Notes under the pieces: model-generated
What the model saw: only the letters and a program-made list of their open reading frames with translations
The model's database searches: none
Told to the model about the DNA's origin: nothing
IMG/VR virus record: IMGVR_UViG_2595698353_000001
Span: 78,564-142,563 of that record
From: a virus
Lineage: Duplodnaviria; Heunggongvirae; Uroviricota; Caudoviricetes
DNA length: 64,000 nucleotides
Strand: one strand, 5' to 3'
In this document: positions 17,280-25,410 of the stretch, piece after piece
Numbering within the stretch: the stretch's first letter is position 1
Layout of the letters: every line of letters starts with the position of its first letter
Position numbers and translations under genes: made by a program

Positions 17280-18472
17280 CCGAGCCCCTCGAGTTCGACT
17301 TCGACCAGGTCGTCCGCCGGTTCAAGGATGCGGTCCCCCGCGTCCCGGACAGCGCGCGCTTCCCGATCACCGAGGCCAAGGGCACCGGCCTGATGGACTT
17401 CGCCGACGCCCGCTGGCTGACCGACCTCAACGCCGAGGCCGTCACGCTCGGCCACAACAACGACGGCGTCCGGCACGGCATCAGCCAGCAGATGCTGCAC
17501 CTGTGGTTCTCCGACCCCGACGCGTACCTCCAGCGGATCCAGGTCGAGTACCCGGCCGAGCTGGTCAAGCAGTTCGAGCAGGAGACCGGCCGCCACGGCC
17601 AGCAGCAGGTGCTGCCGCTGTCCTCCCTGGACGAGGCGTACGCGCTCGCGGTGCACCTGACCGAGGGCGACTACATGCAGGGCGACGCGATGATCGGGCT
17701 CGTCAACATGGGGCGGCCGACACCGCTGCTCACCCGCACCGCCCGGCTGGTGCCCGGCGGCGGATCCCCGGCGAAGCAGATCGAGTCCAACAAGATCGGC
17801 GCGATCGTCGTCCGGCTGGTCGCCGACAGCGGCGAGGCCGTCGACCACGACTTCCTCGCCGAGCTGTACCGGGAGGCCCTCGAGCGCAACATCTCGGTGA
17901 TCTTCGACGAGTCGACGACCGCGTTCGGCCGCACCGGCGGCCTGGTCCACCAGTCCCTCGCCGACTTCGCCGGGCTCGAGCCGTTCCTGACCATCCTCGG
18001 GCCGTCTGGCGGCGGCGGGATGCCGTACGCGGCGCTGATCGGCCACCGCGACGCCTTCAACCTGATGCGGCACCGCCGCAACCCGACCGCGCTCAACCCG
18101 ATGTCGATGGCGGCGGCAATGGCCGTCCTCAACCAGATGGGCGATGGGCTGTACGAGAACGTCCGCAGGCGCGGCGAGCAGCTGCGCACCGAGGCGGCCC
18201 AGATCGTCAGCCAGCACCGCTGGATCGAGAGCCTGCGGGGAGAAGGCCTGTTGCTCGGGCTGCGGATCTCGCTCTTCAGCCATGCCCGCCGCCTGGTCGA
18301 GGTCGCCCGCGAGCAGGGCCTGCATCTGGTCATCGCCGAGGACGACATCGGCACCGTCCGGCTCTGGCCGCACCTGACCGTCTCCGAGAAGGAGGTCGGC
18401 GAGATCGTCGACGCTCTCTACGAGGCGTGCCTCGTCGTCGGCACCGAGCTGCATCCGCTCACCGGCACGTAG
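17276..18472 (+). CDS. class-III aminotransferase-like protein (catalytic Lys apparently replaced)
   Basis: IFDESTTAFGRTG matches the AT-III DEVQTGFGRTG signature. The expected TLAKALGGG (PLP-Lys) aligns to TILGPSGGGG, which has no Lys. Confidence 0.65.
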   Translation: MTEPLEFDFDQVVRRFKDAVPRVPDSARFPITEAKGTGLMDFADARWLTDLNAEAVTLGHNNDGVRHGISQQMLHLWFSDPDAYLQRIQVEYPAELVKQFEQETGRHGQQQVLPLSSLDEAYALAVHLTEGDYMQGDAMIGLVNMGRPTPLLTRTARLVPGGGSPAKQIESNKIGAIVVRLVADSGEAVDHDFLAELYREALERNISVIFDESTTAFGRTGGLVHQSLADFAGLEPFLTILGPSGGGGMPYAALIGHRDAFNLMRHRRNPTALNPMSMAAAMAVLNQMGDGLYENVRRRGEQLRTEAAQIVSQHRWIESLRGEGLLLGLRISLFSHARRLVEVAREQGLHLVIAEDDIGTVRLWPHLTVSEKEVGEIVDALYEACLVVGTELHPLTGT

Positions 18473-18546
18473 TGCCTCACCCTCCACGGGCCGCCGGTAA
18501 ATGGTGACCCGTGGAGTGCGGGCCACCCATAGGGCAGTCTCAGGGG

Positions 18547-18555
18547 TGGTATAGT
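18547..18555 (+). promoter_or_regulatory. extended -10 promoter element (TGgTATAGT)
   Basis: Lies 15 nt upstream of the 18571 ATG. Confidence 0.4.
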
Positions 18556-18570
18556 AGTGAGGTAGGAAAA

Positions 18571-18894
18571 ATGCAGGGATTCACCATCGCGCTGGAGGGC
18601 GACGAGGGCTTCCAGAAGTTCCTGGCCCGCAAGATCGAGCTTGGAGCCCAGCTGGAGTTCTCGGTCCCTGGCTGGGACGTGACGGGCTTTGTCACCGGCA
18701 TCGACAGTCAGTGGCTGCAGGTGTCCACAGTCCCCAGCCTCGAGCCGGTCCAGATCCGCATCGGATCGGTCCGCTATGTCCGCGACACCGGACGGCGACT
18801 AGAGGATTTGAAGTCCGAGGACGCCGCCGAGGTTCGGAAGTACGCTCGGGCCATCACCGCGAGGGCGAGGCGTGCAAACCAGACCCTGACGTAG
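18571..18894 (+). CDS. hypothetical protein (107 aa)
   Basis: Internal ATG of track ORF 18511-18894, preceded by GAGGTAGG. Confidence 0.55.
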   Translation: MQGFTIALEGDEGFQKFLARKIELGAQLEFSVPGWDVTGFVTGIDSQWLQVSTVPSLEPVQIRIGSVRYVRDTGRRLEDLKSEDAAEVRKYARAITARARRANQTLT

Positions 18895-18909
18895 CCACCA
18901 GGAGGGGCC

Positions 18910-19320
18910 GTGACCCACTTCGACGAGATGGATCCCGTCGAGCAGATGATCGGCAAGCCGGTCACGAAGATGACCGGCGACGAGCTGATCTCGTACATCA
19001 AGACCTACATGCAGGCCATGCACGGCGTCGATCTCGGCATCGACGGGGTGAAGGAGCGGTCTGTCATGACGGCGCTCCGGCGCATCTACAAGGACGACGC
19101 CGGGCGCATCGTGAAGTGGGTGATGACCAAGCGCAGCGGCCGAGACCAGAAGGACGAGCTGGTCACCTACTTCTCGTTCCAGCGAGCCGACAAGTGGTGG
19201 CTCGACAAGATCCACATCGAGATGCAGGTCCACCAGAACCGCTCTCGAGAGCTGGCGGCAGCGCCGAAGCTCACTCCTCTGTCCGCTCTACTGCGAGGTC
19301 CCCGCCGTGCCCAGTCCTGA
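18910..19320 (+). CDS. hypothetical protein (136 aa)
   Basis: RBS GGAGGGG then GTG. Confidence 0.55.
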   Translation: MTHFDEMDPVEQMIGKPVTKMTGDELISYIKTYMQAMHGVDLGIDGVKERSVMTALRRIYKDDAGRIVKWVMTKRSGRDQKDELVTYFSFQRADKWWLDKIHIEMQVHQNRSRELAAAPKLTPLSALLRGPRRAQS

Positions 19321-20101
19321 GCTCCTCCGCACGAAGTACATCCCTGATGAGGACGCCCGCCAGCTGTATCAGGCGCACCCGAAGCTCGGCAGCTCGCCGG
19401 ACAAGTACTGCCCGACCTGCCAGAAGACCGGCTCGTACTACTGGGGCGGCGTCGCCAACCAGTGCGACTGCGAGCTCCAGCTGCAGCTGCACAAGCACTA
19501 CCTCTACTCCGGCATCGGGGTGCTCTACCAGCGGCTGGACTGGGCCGACTACCGGGGCGACCCCACCGTGATCGACGCGATCCAGCGCTACCTCGGCCGC
19601 CACGGCGACTACATCACGCGCGGCACCGGCATGCTGTTCACCGGCAGCGTCGGCATCGGCAAGACCCTCTCGGCCACGCTGCTGCTCAAGGACCTGATCA
19701 AGCTCGGGTACCGGGGCTACAGCACCACGTTCGCGAACATGGTCGAGATGTTCACCGCCGGATGGCGCAGCGCCGAGGACAAGCGCCAGTTCCAGAAGAG
19801 GATCCTGCGCGCCGACGTGCTGCTGCTCGACGACCTCGGCCGCGAGTTCCGCAACTCGAGCAAGCTGTCGGAGACCACGTTCGACGACGTCCTCCGCGCC
19901 CGCACGCAGGCCGGACGGCCGACGCTGATCACCACCAACATGGATGTGCCGGAGCTGCTCGAGGGCTACGGCTCCGGCGCGCTGTCGCTGCTGTCCGAGA
20001 ACTCGTTCGTCCACCACTTCCAGGGTGTCGACTTCCGGCCGCAGGCGAATCAGCGCCTGCTGGACGAGATCGACGCCGGTATCGTCCGACCCATCTTCTG
20101 A
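19307..20101 (+). CDS. DnaC/IstB-like AAA+ helicase loader with N-terminal zinc finger
   Basis: N-terminal CPTCQ...CDC is a zinc finger. GSVGIGKT is Walker A. VLLLDDLG is Walker B. Confidence 0.8.
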   Translation: MPSPELLRTKYIPDEDARQLYQAHPKLGSSPDKYCPTCQKTGSYYWGGVANQCDCELQLQLHKHYLYSGIGVLYQRLDWADYRGDPTVIDAIQRYLGRHGDYITRGTGMLFTGSVGIGKTLSATLLLKDLIKLGYRGYSTTFANMVEMFTAGWRSAEDKRQFQKRILRADVLLLDDLGREFRNSSKLSETTFDDVLRARTQAGRPTLITTNMDVPELLEGYGSGALSLLSENSFVHHFQGVDFRPQANQRLLDEIDAGIVRPIF

Positions 20102-20109
20102 GGAGCCCT

Positions 20110-21375
20110 GTGTCGTTTGCCAGCGAGCGGGCGCTGATCGCCAAGCTCACCGAAGAGAAGAACGTCCGCCTCTGTTGGGACCGGGGTCTACGGGCCGAGG
20201 TCTTCGAGGATCCCCAGTGCCGCATGGTGTTCGAGTTCATCATGCAGTACTGGCTGGACAACGAGATGAACCTCGCGCCGACGGCGCGCATCGTCCACAC
20301 CCAGTTCCAGAGCCAGGACCTCACGCCCAGCGACGAGTCGATCCGCTGGCTGATCGAGGACCTGCAGAAGCGGTTCTCGACGAACAACGCGCAGGCGATC
20401 ATGCTGCGCGCGGGCGGTATGGCCAACGACGACCCGCACGGCGCGCTGGACCTCCTCGCCGCCGAGGGCTGGGCCGCCCGGCAGATCGTCAGCCCGCGCA
20501 GCAACCGGATGAACATGGCCGACAGCGTCGCCGAGCGCCGCCGCCGGTACGCCGAGCGCCAGCAGAACGGCGCGCGCGGCGTCACGTTCGGCTTCCCGGA
20601 GGTCGACGACGTCACCAACGGCCTGCTGCCCGGCGAGCTCGCGGCCGTCGCCGGTGTGGCGAAGACCGGCAAGTCGTTCTTCCTCTGCAACGCCGCCGTC
20701 AAGGCCCGCCGACTCGGGTACACGCCGTACATCGCGACGATGGAGCAGTCGGTCATCGAGTTCGGCGAGCGCGCCGACGCCCTGTGGTCCGGCGTGAGCT
20801 ACCAGCGGCTCCAGGAGGCCAAGCTGCACCCCGAGGAGCTGATGCAGCTGCACGCGGCCCAGGACGAGCTCGCGGCGACCGGCGGCCTGCACATCGAGCA
20901 GCCGGAGATGGGCCAGCGGACCCCGCAGCACCTCGCGAACCGCGCCCGGCAGCTCGGCTGCGACTTCCTGATCGTCGACCAGCTCTCGTTCATGGAGGCC
21001 CGGCCCGGATCGAATCGATTCGAGCGCGTCGGCGACATGCACGGCTCGATCATCCACGACCTGAAGAACGAGATTAACCGCGACGACACCGGCAAGCTCC
21101 CCTGCCTGCTGGCCGTCCAGTTCAACCGTGACGCGGCGAAGGACACCAAGGGCGGCGGCCTGCACAACTTCGCGAACACCGCCGACATCGAGCGCGCCGT
21201 CGATATCGCTTACGGCCTCTCCCGCACCGACGAGATGCGCGCGAACAACTCGATGAAGCTGTCGATCCTCGGCAACCGGCGCGGCGAGATCGGCGACTGG
21301 CTGCTCGCCTGGTACCTGTCCGAGCGCGCCGAGCTCCGGGTCCGGGAGCGCATGGAGCGGGACGTCGCCGCCTGA
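20110..21375 (+). CDS. DnaB-like replicative helicase
   Basis: GVAKTGKSFFLCNAA is Walker A. DFLIVDQLSFM is Walker B. GTG start after AGGAG. Confidence 0.85.
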   Translation: MSFASERALIAKLTEEKNVRLCWDRGLRAEVFEDPQCRMVFEFIMQYWLDNEMNLAPTARIVHTQFQSQDLTPSDESIRWLIEDLQKRFSTNNAQAIMLRAGGMANDDPHGALDLLAAEGWAARQIVSPRSNRMNMADSVAERRRRYAERQQNGARGVTFGFPEVDDVTNGLLPGELAAVAGVAKTGKSFFLCNAAVKARRLGYTPYIATMEQSVIEFGERADALWSGVSYQRLQEAKLHPEELMQLHAAQDELAATGGLHIEQPEMGQRTPQHLANRARQLGCDFLIVDQLSFMEARPGSNRFERVGDMHGSIIHDLKNEINRDDTGKLPCLLAVQFNRDAAKDTKGGGLHNFANTADIERAVDIAYGLSRTDEMRANNSMKLSILGNRRGEIGDWLLAWYLSERAELRVRERMERDVAA

Positions 21376-22481
21376 TGTATGGGTTCGCGAAGACCGTCGA
21401 CTACACGCTCCTCGAGGAGTACCGGCGGCGCATCGATGTCGAGGCCGTCCTCGACCACTACGGGGCCGAGAACTGCTTCCAGATCGGCAACGAGATCCAG
21501 CACAGCTGCCTCGTTGACCGGGTTGACCCGCACCACTCCAACGGCGACAAGAACCCTTCTGCGAGAGCGAATCTCGACGAGAAGCTGTACGTCTGCTACT
21601 CGTACGGCGGCGGGGACATCTTCTGGCTGATCCAGAAGATGGAGGGCGCGGACAGTGTCGCCGACATCCTCCCGGTCGTCGCTCAGTTCCTCGGCGAGTC
21701 CACGCTCGACACCGAGAGCTTCCTCACCGAGCTGAAGAAGTTCTTCGAGTCCGACGAGGCCGCCGTCGAGCCGCCGACGTACCACCCGCGCGTGCTCAAG
21801 CGCTGGCAGATGATCCACCCGTACCTGTACGAGGACCGGGGCATCGCGCCGTGGGCGTGCGAGGAACTGGGGCTGGGCTACGACCCCGAGGCCGTCCGCA
21901 TCGTCTTCCCGCACTGGGCCAAGGTGCGCGGTGAGACCAAGCTCGTCGGCTGGCAGCGGCGCTCGCTGACCGACCCGCGCTGGCCGGTGACGCCGCCGGA
22001 GTCCCGCGTCGACCTCGACGGCAACGTCCACCTGCGGCCGCCGCCGAAGTACAAGAACTCGCCCGGCCTGCCGAAGAACGAGACCGTCTACAACCTCGAG
22101 CGGCTGCGCGAGCGCGGCGTGAAGCGGATCTGCGTCGTCGAGTCGCCGATGTCGGTGGCCAAGGCGCTCACGCTCTCCGACCGCGAGGACCCGACCGACA
22201 TCCTCGGCGCGTTCGTCTCGACGTTCGGTGCGAAGGTCGGCAAGGAGCAGATCCGACTGCTCGCCGACTTCAACGAGGTCCTGGTGTGGATGGACGACGA
22301 CGTGCCGGGCCGGAAGGCCTCGCGGATCCTGCTCGAGGGGCTGTACCGGCAGACCAACGTCCTGCACATCGAGCCCGACACGGGCATGGACCCTGCGGAC
22401 TACTGGACGCGGGATGAGATCATGGCACCGATCGGCCGGGCCGAGCCCGCCGTGCTGACCATGTCGAGATGGAGGCCGTGA
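21375..22481 (+). CDS. DnaG-like DNA primase (zinc-binding plus TOPRIM)
   Basis: Zn-binding CLVDRVDPHHSNGDKNPSA. TOPRIM acidic motifs VCVVESPMS and WMDDDVPGRKA. ATG overlaps the upstream stop. Confidence 0.8.
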   Translation: MYGFAKTVDYTLLEEYRRRIDVEAVLDHYGAENCFQIGNEIQHSCLVDRVDPHHSNGDKNPSARANLDEKLYVCYSYGGGDIFWLIQKMEGADSVADILPVVAQFLGESTLDTESFLTELKKFFESDEAAVEPPTYHPRVLKRWQMIHPYLYEDRGIAPWACEELGLGYDPEAVRIVFPHWAKVRGETKLVGWQRRSLTDPRWPVTPPESRVDLDGNVHLRPPPKYKNSPGLPKNETVYNLERLRERGVKRICVVESPMSVAKALTLSDREDPTDILGAFVSTFGAKVGKEQIRLLADFNEVLVWMDDDVPGRKASRILLEGLYRQTNVLHIEPDTGMDPADYWTRDEIMAPIGRAEPAVLTMSRWRP

Positions 22482-22654
22482 TGGCGCGCAAGAAGAAGGC
22501 CGAGCCGGTGTCGCTCACCGAGCTCGTCGAGAGCCAGATGGCGGCCGTCGCCGCCGACCACGAGCAGATGGCAGCCGAGAGCCAGGCTCAGGTCGACGAG
22601 TACGTCGCACGATCGGAGGCAGGCGGTGTCCCGGCGGCCAAAAGGCCTTTTTGA
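22469..22654 (+). CDS. small hypothetical protein (61 aa)
   Basis: Overlaps the primase end. Alternative start at ATG 22481. Weak. Confidence 0.35.
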   Translation: MEAVMARKKKAEPVSLTELVESQMAAVAADHEQMAAESQAQVDEYVARSEAGGVPAAKRPF

Positions 22655-22687
22655 CGGGAAAGCGGCCATACCGATAGGTTCCCTTCC

Positions 22688-23299
22688 ATGCCACGTGGAC
22701 ACCCGAAGGACCAGTCCCCCGAAGCTGTCGCCAGACGGCAGGCGGCGCGCGTTGCTGCCGGGGCGAAGATCGCCGAGACCATGAAGAAGCGGTGGGAGGA
22801 TCCCGAGTACCGGGCTCTCGTCGAGACCCGCTCGGCCGAGGCGATCGCACAGGCTGGCCCGCGCAGCGAGGAGTCGCGCGAGCGCAGCCGCCTGGCGACG
22901 AAGAGGCTCTGGGAGTCCGAGGAGTACCGGCAGAAGGTCTCCTCGTCCCTGGCCGGTCGCAAGGATGGCGGGGATCCGGCTGGGTACTGGGTCGACAAGC
23001 TGGGGTACGTGATGCTCACCATGCACCGGGACCACCCTCTCGCGAACGCGCACGGCGTGGTCTACGAGCACCGCAAGGTGCTGCACGAGCAGCTCGGGCC
23101 GGGGAGTCACCCGTGCCACTGGATCGACCGGTACGGCTGCGGCCGCGAGGCGCTGGAGTGGATCTCGGAGGACCGGGACAACCGGCTCACCGTCGACCAC
23201 CTGAACTGGGATCGCTCGGACAACCGCCCGGAGAACCTCGCCCCAGCGTGCTACAGCTGCAACAGCCGCCGCCAGAATCGCCAGAATGAAGAGGGGTAG
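22688..23299 (+). CDS. HNH homing endonuclease with N-terminal repeated DNA-binding modules
   Basis: HNH motif VDHLNWDRSDNRPENLAPACYSCNSRR. Repeats KKRWEDPEYR / KRLWESEEYR. Confidence 0.75.
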   Translation: MPRGHPKDQSPEAVARRQAARVAAGAKIAETMKKRWEDPEYRALVETRSAEAIAQAGPRSEESRERSRLATKRLWESEEYRQKVSSSLAGRKDGGDPAGYWVDKLGYVMLTMHRDHPLANAHGVVYEHRKVLHEQLGPGSHPCHWIDRYGCGREALEWISEDRDNRLTVDHLNWDRSDNRPENLAPACYSCNSRRQNRQNEEG

Positions 23300-23909
23300 C
23301 GCCCGCCCGCTCCGCCGCGTCGTCCGGCAGGGCTTCCCATCCCTCTGCCGCGAGCTCGCGCTCATTCCGCGCAACACCCGGGACCAGAACGGCTACTACG
23401 TCATGCTCGGCCTGCACCCGTGGGCCACGGAGTCGGAGATCCGGCGCGCCTACCACCGGGTCGCGCGCCGGTTCCACCCCGACGGCAGCGAGCCGAACGT
23501 CCGGCTGTTCGAGCGGTACACCGAGATTTATGAGGTGCTCTCGGACCCGATCCTGCGCGCCGAGTACCACGCGACGCCGGAGACCGACGTCTACCTCGAC
23601 AAGCACGTCCGGCGGCTGATGAAGGCCCTCGACCTCCCGATCCCACTAGAGGAAGACGTGCCCGTTCTGGCGGGGTTCGACTTCTATCGGATCGGCACCC
23701 ATGAGGACGACGAGGTCATCGCCGACCGGTGGTACCAGGCCCTCGTCGAGGACCTCGGCGAGATGGGCTACCGGCAGGTCCTGAAGCTCTGCCTGACCAA
23801 CGAAACCCCAGGTTACGACCCCTCCACGCGGATCATCTACCTGCCGCGCACGAACGAGGTGACCTTCCCGAGAATGCGTGATCAACTCCTGTCGATTCTG
23901 TCGGGTTGA
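23286..23909 (+). CDS. J-domain (DnaJ-like) protein
   Basis: YYVMLGLHPWATESEIRRAYHRVARRFHPDGSEPNVRLFERYTEIYEVLSDPILRAEY contains the HPD tripeptide. Confidence 0.7.
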   Translation: MKRGSARPLRRVVRQGFPSLCRELALIPRNTRDQNGYYVMLGLHPWATESEIRRAYHRVARRFHPDGSEPNVRLFERYTEIYEVLSDPILRAEYHATPETDVYLDKHVRRLMKALDLPIPLEEDVPVLAGFDFYRIGTHEDDEVIADRWYQALVEDLGEMGYRQVLKLCLTNETPGYDPSTRIIYLPRTNEVTFPRMRDQLLSILSG

Positions 23910-24001
23910 TGCAGTACTCTCGCAGGTGCGCACTAGAGTAAACGCGCATACTCAACCCGGGCGTCCGATGGGCCGCCCTTCCCATAACTTCAGGAGACCC
24001 T

Positions 24002-25321
24002 GTGTCTTTCGGCTTTGAGGGCGTCCAGGACGCCATGGAGGCCGCGCGCGCTCGCGCCGCCGCTTCCGGCTACCTTCCCGACATTTACTGGACTGACGAT
24101 CGCGCCACTGGCGGCGACAAGCACATCCAGGTCGTCCGGTTCATCCCCGGCGTCGACGAGGAGGGCGTGAGCCTCCCGAAGTACGCCCTCCAGACGCACG
24201 GGTTCTACAACCACCTCGTGATCAACGACGGCCAGTCCAAGCGGCACTTCATCAAGCCGAAGGAAGGCCCCGACTACGTCGCGGAGAACGTCAAGATCAT
24301 GCGGCGCGGCAACCTCGTCGCCCCGGCTCCGCGTGTCCTCACCGCCGCGCTGGGTGTGCTCCGCGAGGAGTACCGCAACACCGTCGACGGCCAGACCCAC
24401 ATCGGCTATCGCGACAAGCGCCGCCGCGCCTCGCAGGGCGGCCAGCCCAACGACGAGCCGATGTTCGGCATCGTGTGCCAGGCCCAGGCGAACTTCTGGT
24501 GCAAGATGCAGGAGTACTTCGAGGCGTTCGGCACCATCTGCGACCGCGATTACCTGATCGAGCGGTACGGCAACGACAAGACCACCACCTACACGATCAC
24601 GCCGTGTGCGCCGGATCCCGACCTCGACACCGACGAGAAGGTCCTCGCGCACTACGCGCCGACGGTCACGCTGAACGACTGGGTCCGTGAGCTTTCCAGT
24701 CAGGAGCGCGCTGCGAACCTGCTCGGCCAGGCCGCCGACGGCAGCAAGGCCCCTGAGGTGCAGCCCGGCTTCACGGCTCGCCCGCCGCAGCAGGAGCAGA
24801 TGCAGGGCTACGGCTACCCGGGCTACGGCATGCCGCCCCAGCCCGGCTACGGCTACCCGCAGCCCGGTTACGGGTACCCGCCCCAGCAGCCCGGCTACCC
24901 GCCGCAGCCGCAGGGCTACCCGCAGCCGCAGTACGGCCAGATGCCGCCGCAGCAGGCGTACAACCAGCAGCAGCCGTACCAGCAGCAGTACGGCCAGATG
25001 CCGCCGCAGCAGGCCGCTCAGCGCCCGCCGCAGGGCTACGGGCAGCCCCCGGCCGGTTACGGCCCGCCGCAGGGCCAGCCGCAGCCGCAGCAGTACGGCA
25101 ACGCGCCCCAGCCGCAGCAGGCCCCGCAGCAGCAGCCGCAGCAGCAGCCGCAGCAGCAGCAGCCGACGTACCAGCCGCCGCAGCCGCCGCAGACGATGCC
25201 CGGCGGCTTCAACCACGCCCCGTCCAACGTGAATCAGGGCGCACCGCAGACCGAGATGCCGAGCCAGAACTTCGACTCGCTGCGCAGCTCGCTGCTCGAC
25301 TACCAGAACCAGCAGCCGTAG
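24002..25321 (+). CDS. hypothetical protein with long Q/P/G/Y-rich low-complexity C-terminal region
   Basis: About 150 aa of GYGYPQPGYGYPPQQP... and QQQPQQQ repeats. The ordered N-terminal domain is about 270 aa. Confidence 0.65.
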   Translation: MSFGFEGVQDAMEAARARAAASGYLPDIYWTDDRATGGDKHIQVVRFIPGVDEEGVSLPKYALQTHGFYNHLVINDGQSKRHFIKPKEGPDYVAENVKIMRRGNLVAPAPRVLTAALGVLREEYRNTVDGQTHIGYRDKRRRASQGGQPNDEPMFGIVCQAQANFWCKMQEYFEAFGTICDRDYLIERYGNDKTTTYTITPCAPDPDLDTDEKVLAHYAPTVTLNDWVRELSSQERAANLLGQAADGSKAPEVQPGFTARPPQQEQMQGYGYPGYGMPPQPGYGYPQPGYGYPPQQPGYPPQPQGYPQPQYGQMPPQQAYNQQQPYQQQYGQMPPQQAAQRPPQGYGQPPAGYGPPQGQPQPQQYGNAPQPQQAPQQQPQQQPQQQQPTYQPPQPPQTMPGGFNHAPSNVNQGAPQTEMPSQNFDSLRSSLLDYQNQQP

Positions 25322-25332
25322 ACCCGCAGGGG

Positions 25333-25367
25333 TGAAGGGGACGTGCTCACTGCGCGTCCCCTTCCCC
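25333..25367 (+). terminator. hairpin downstream of 24002-25321 (no U tract)
   Basis: GAAGGGGACG, 11-nt loop, CGTCCCCTTC. Confidence 0.35.
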
Positions 25368-25410
25368 GTCGCGTTCAAAAGCTGTCTCTCCCAACGATTC
25401 TGGAGCCATC

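Noticed and set aside
22634-22653. GGCCAAAAGGCC plus TTTTT as a terminator after the primase block.
   Set aside because: Only a 4-bp stem, and it overlaps the end of the small ORF 22469-22654. Too weak to call.
24687-25232. 181-aa Ser/Arg/Thr-rich ORF in an alternative frame.
   Set aside because: Artefact of the GC-rich repeat region encoding the Q/P/G/Y tail of 24002-25321.
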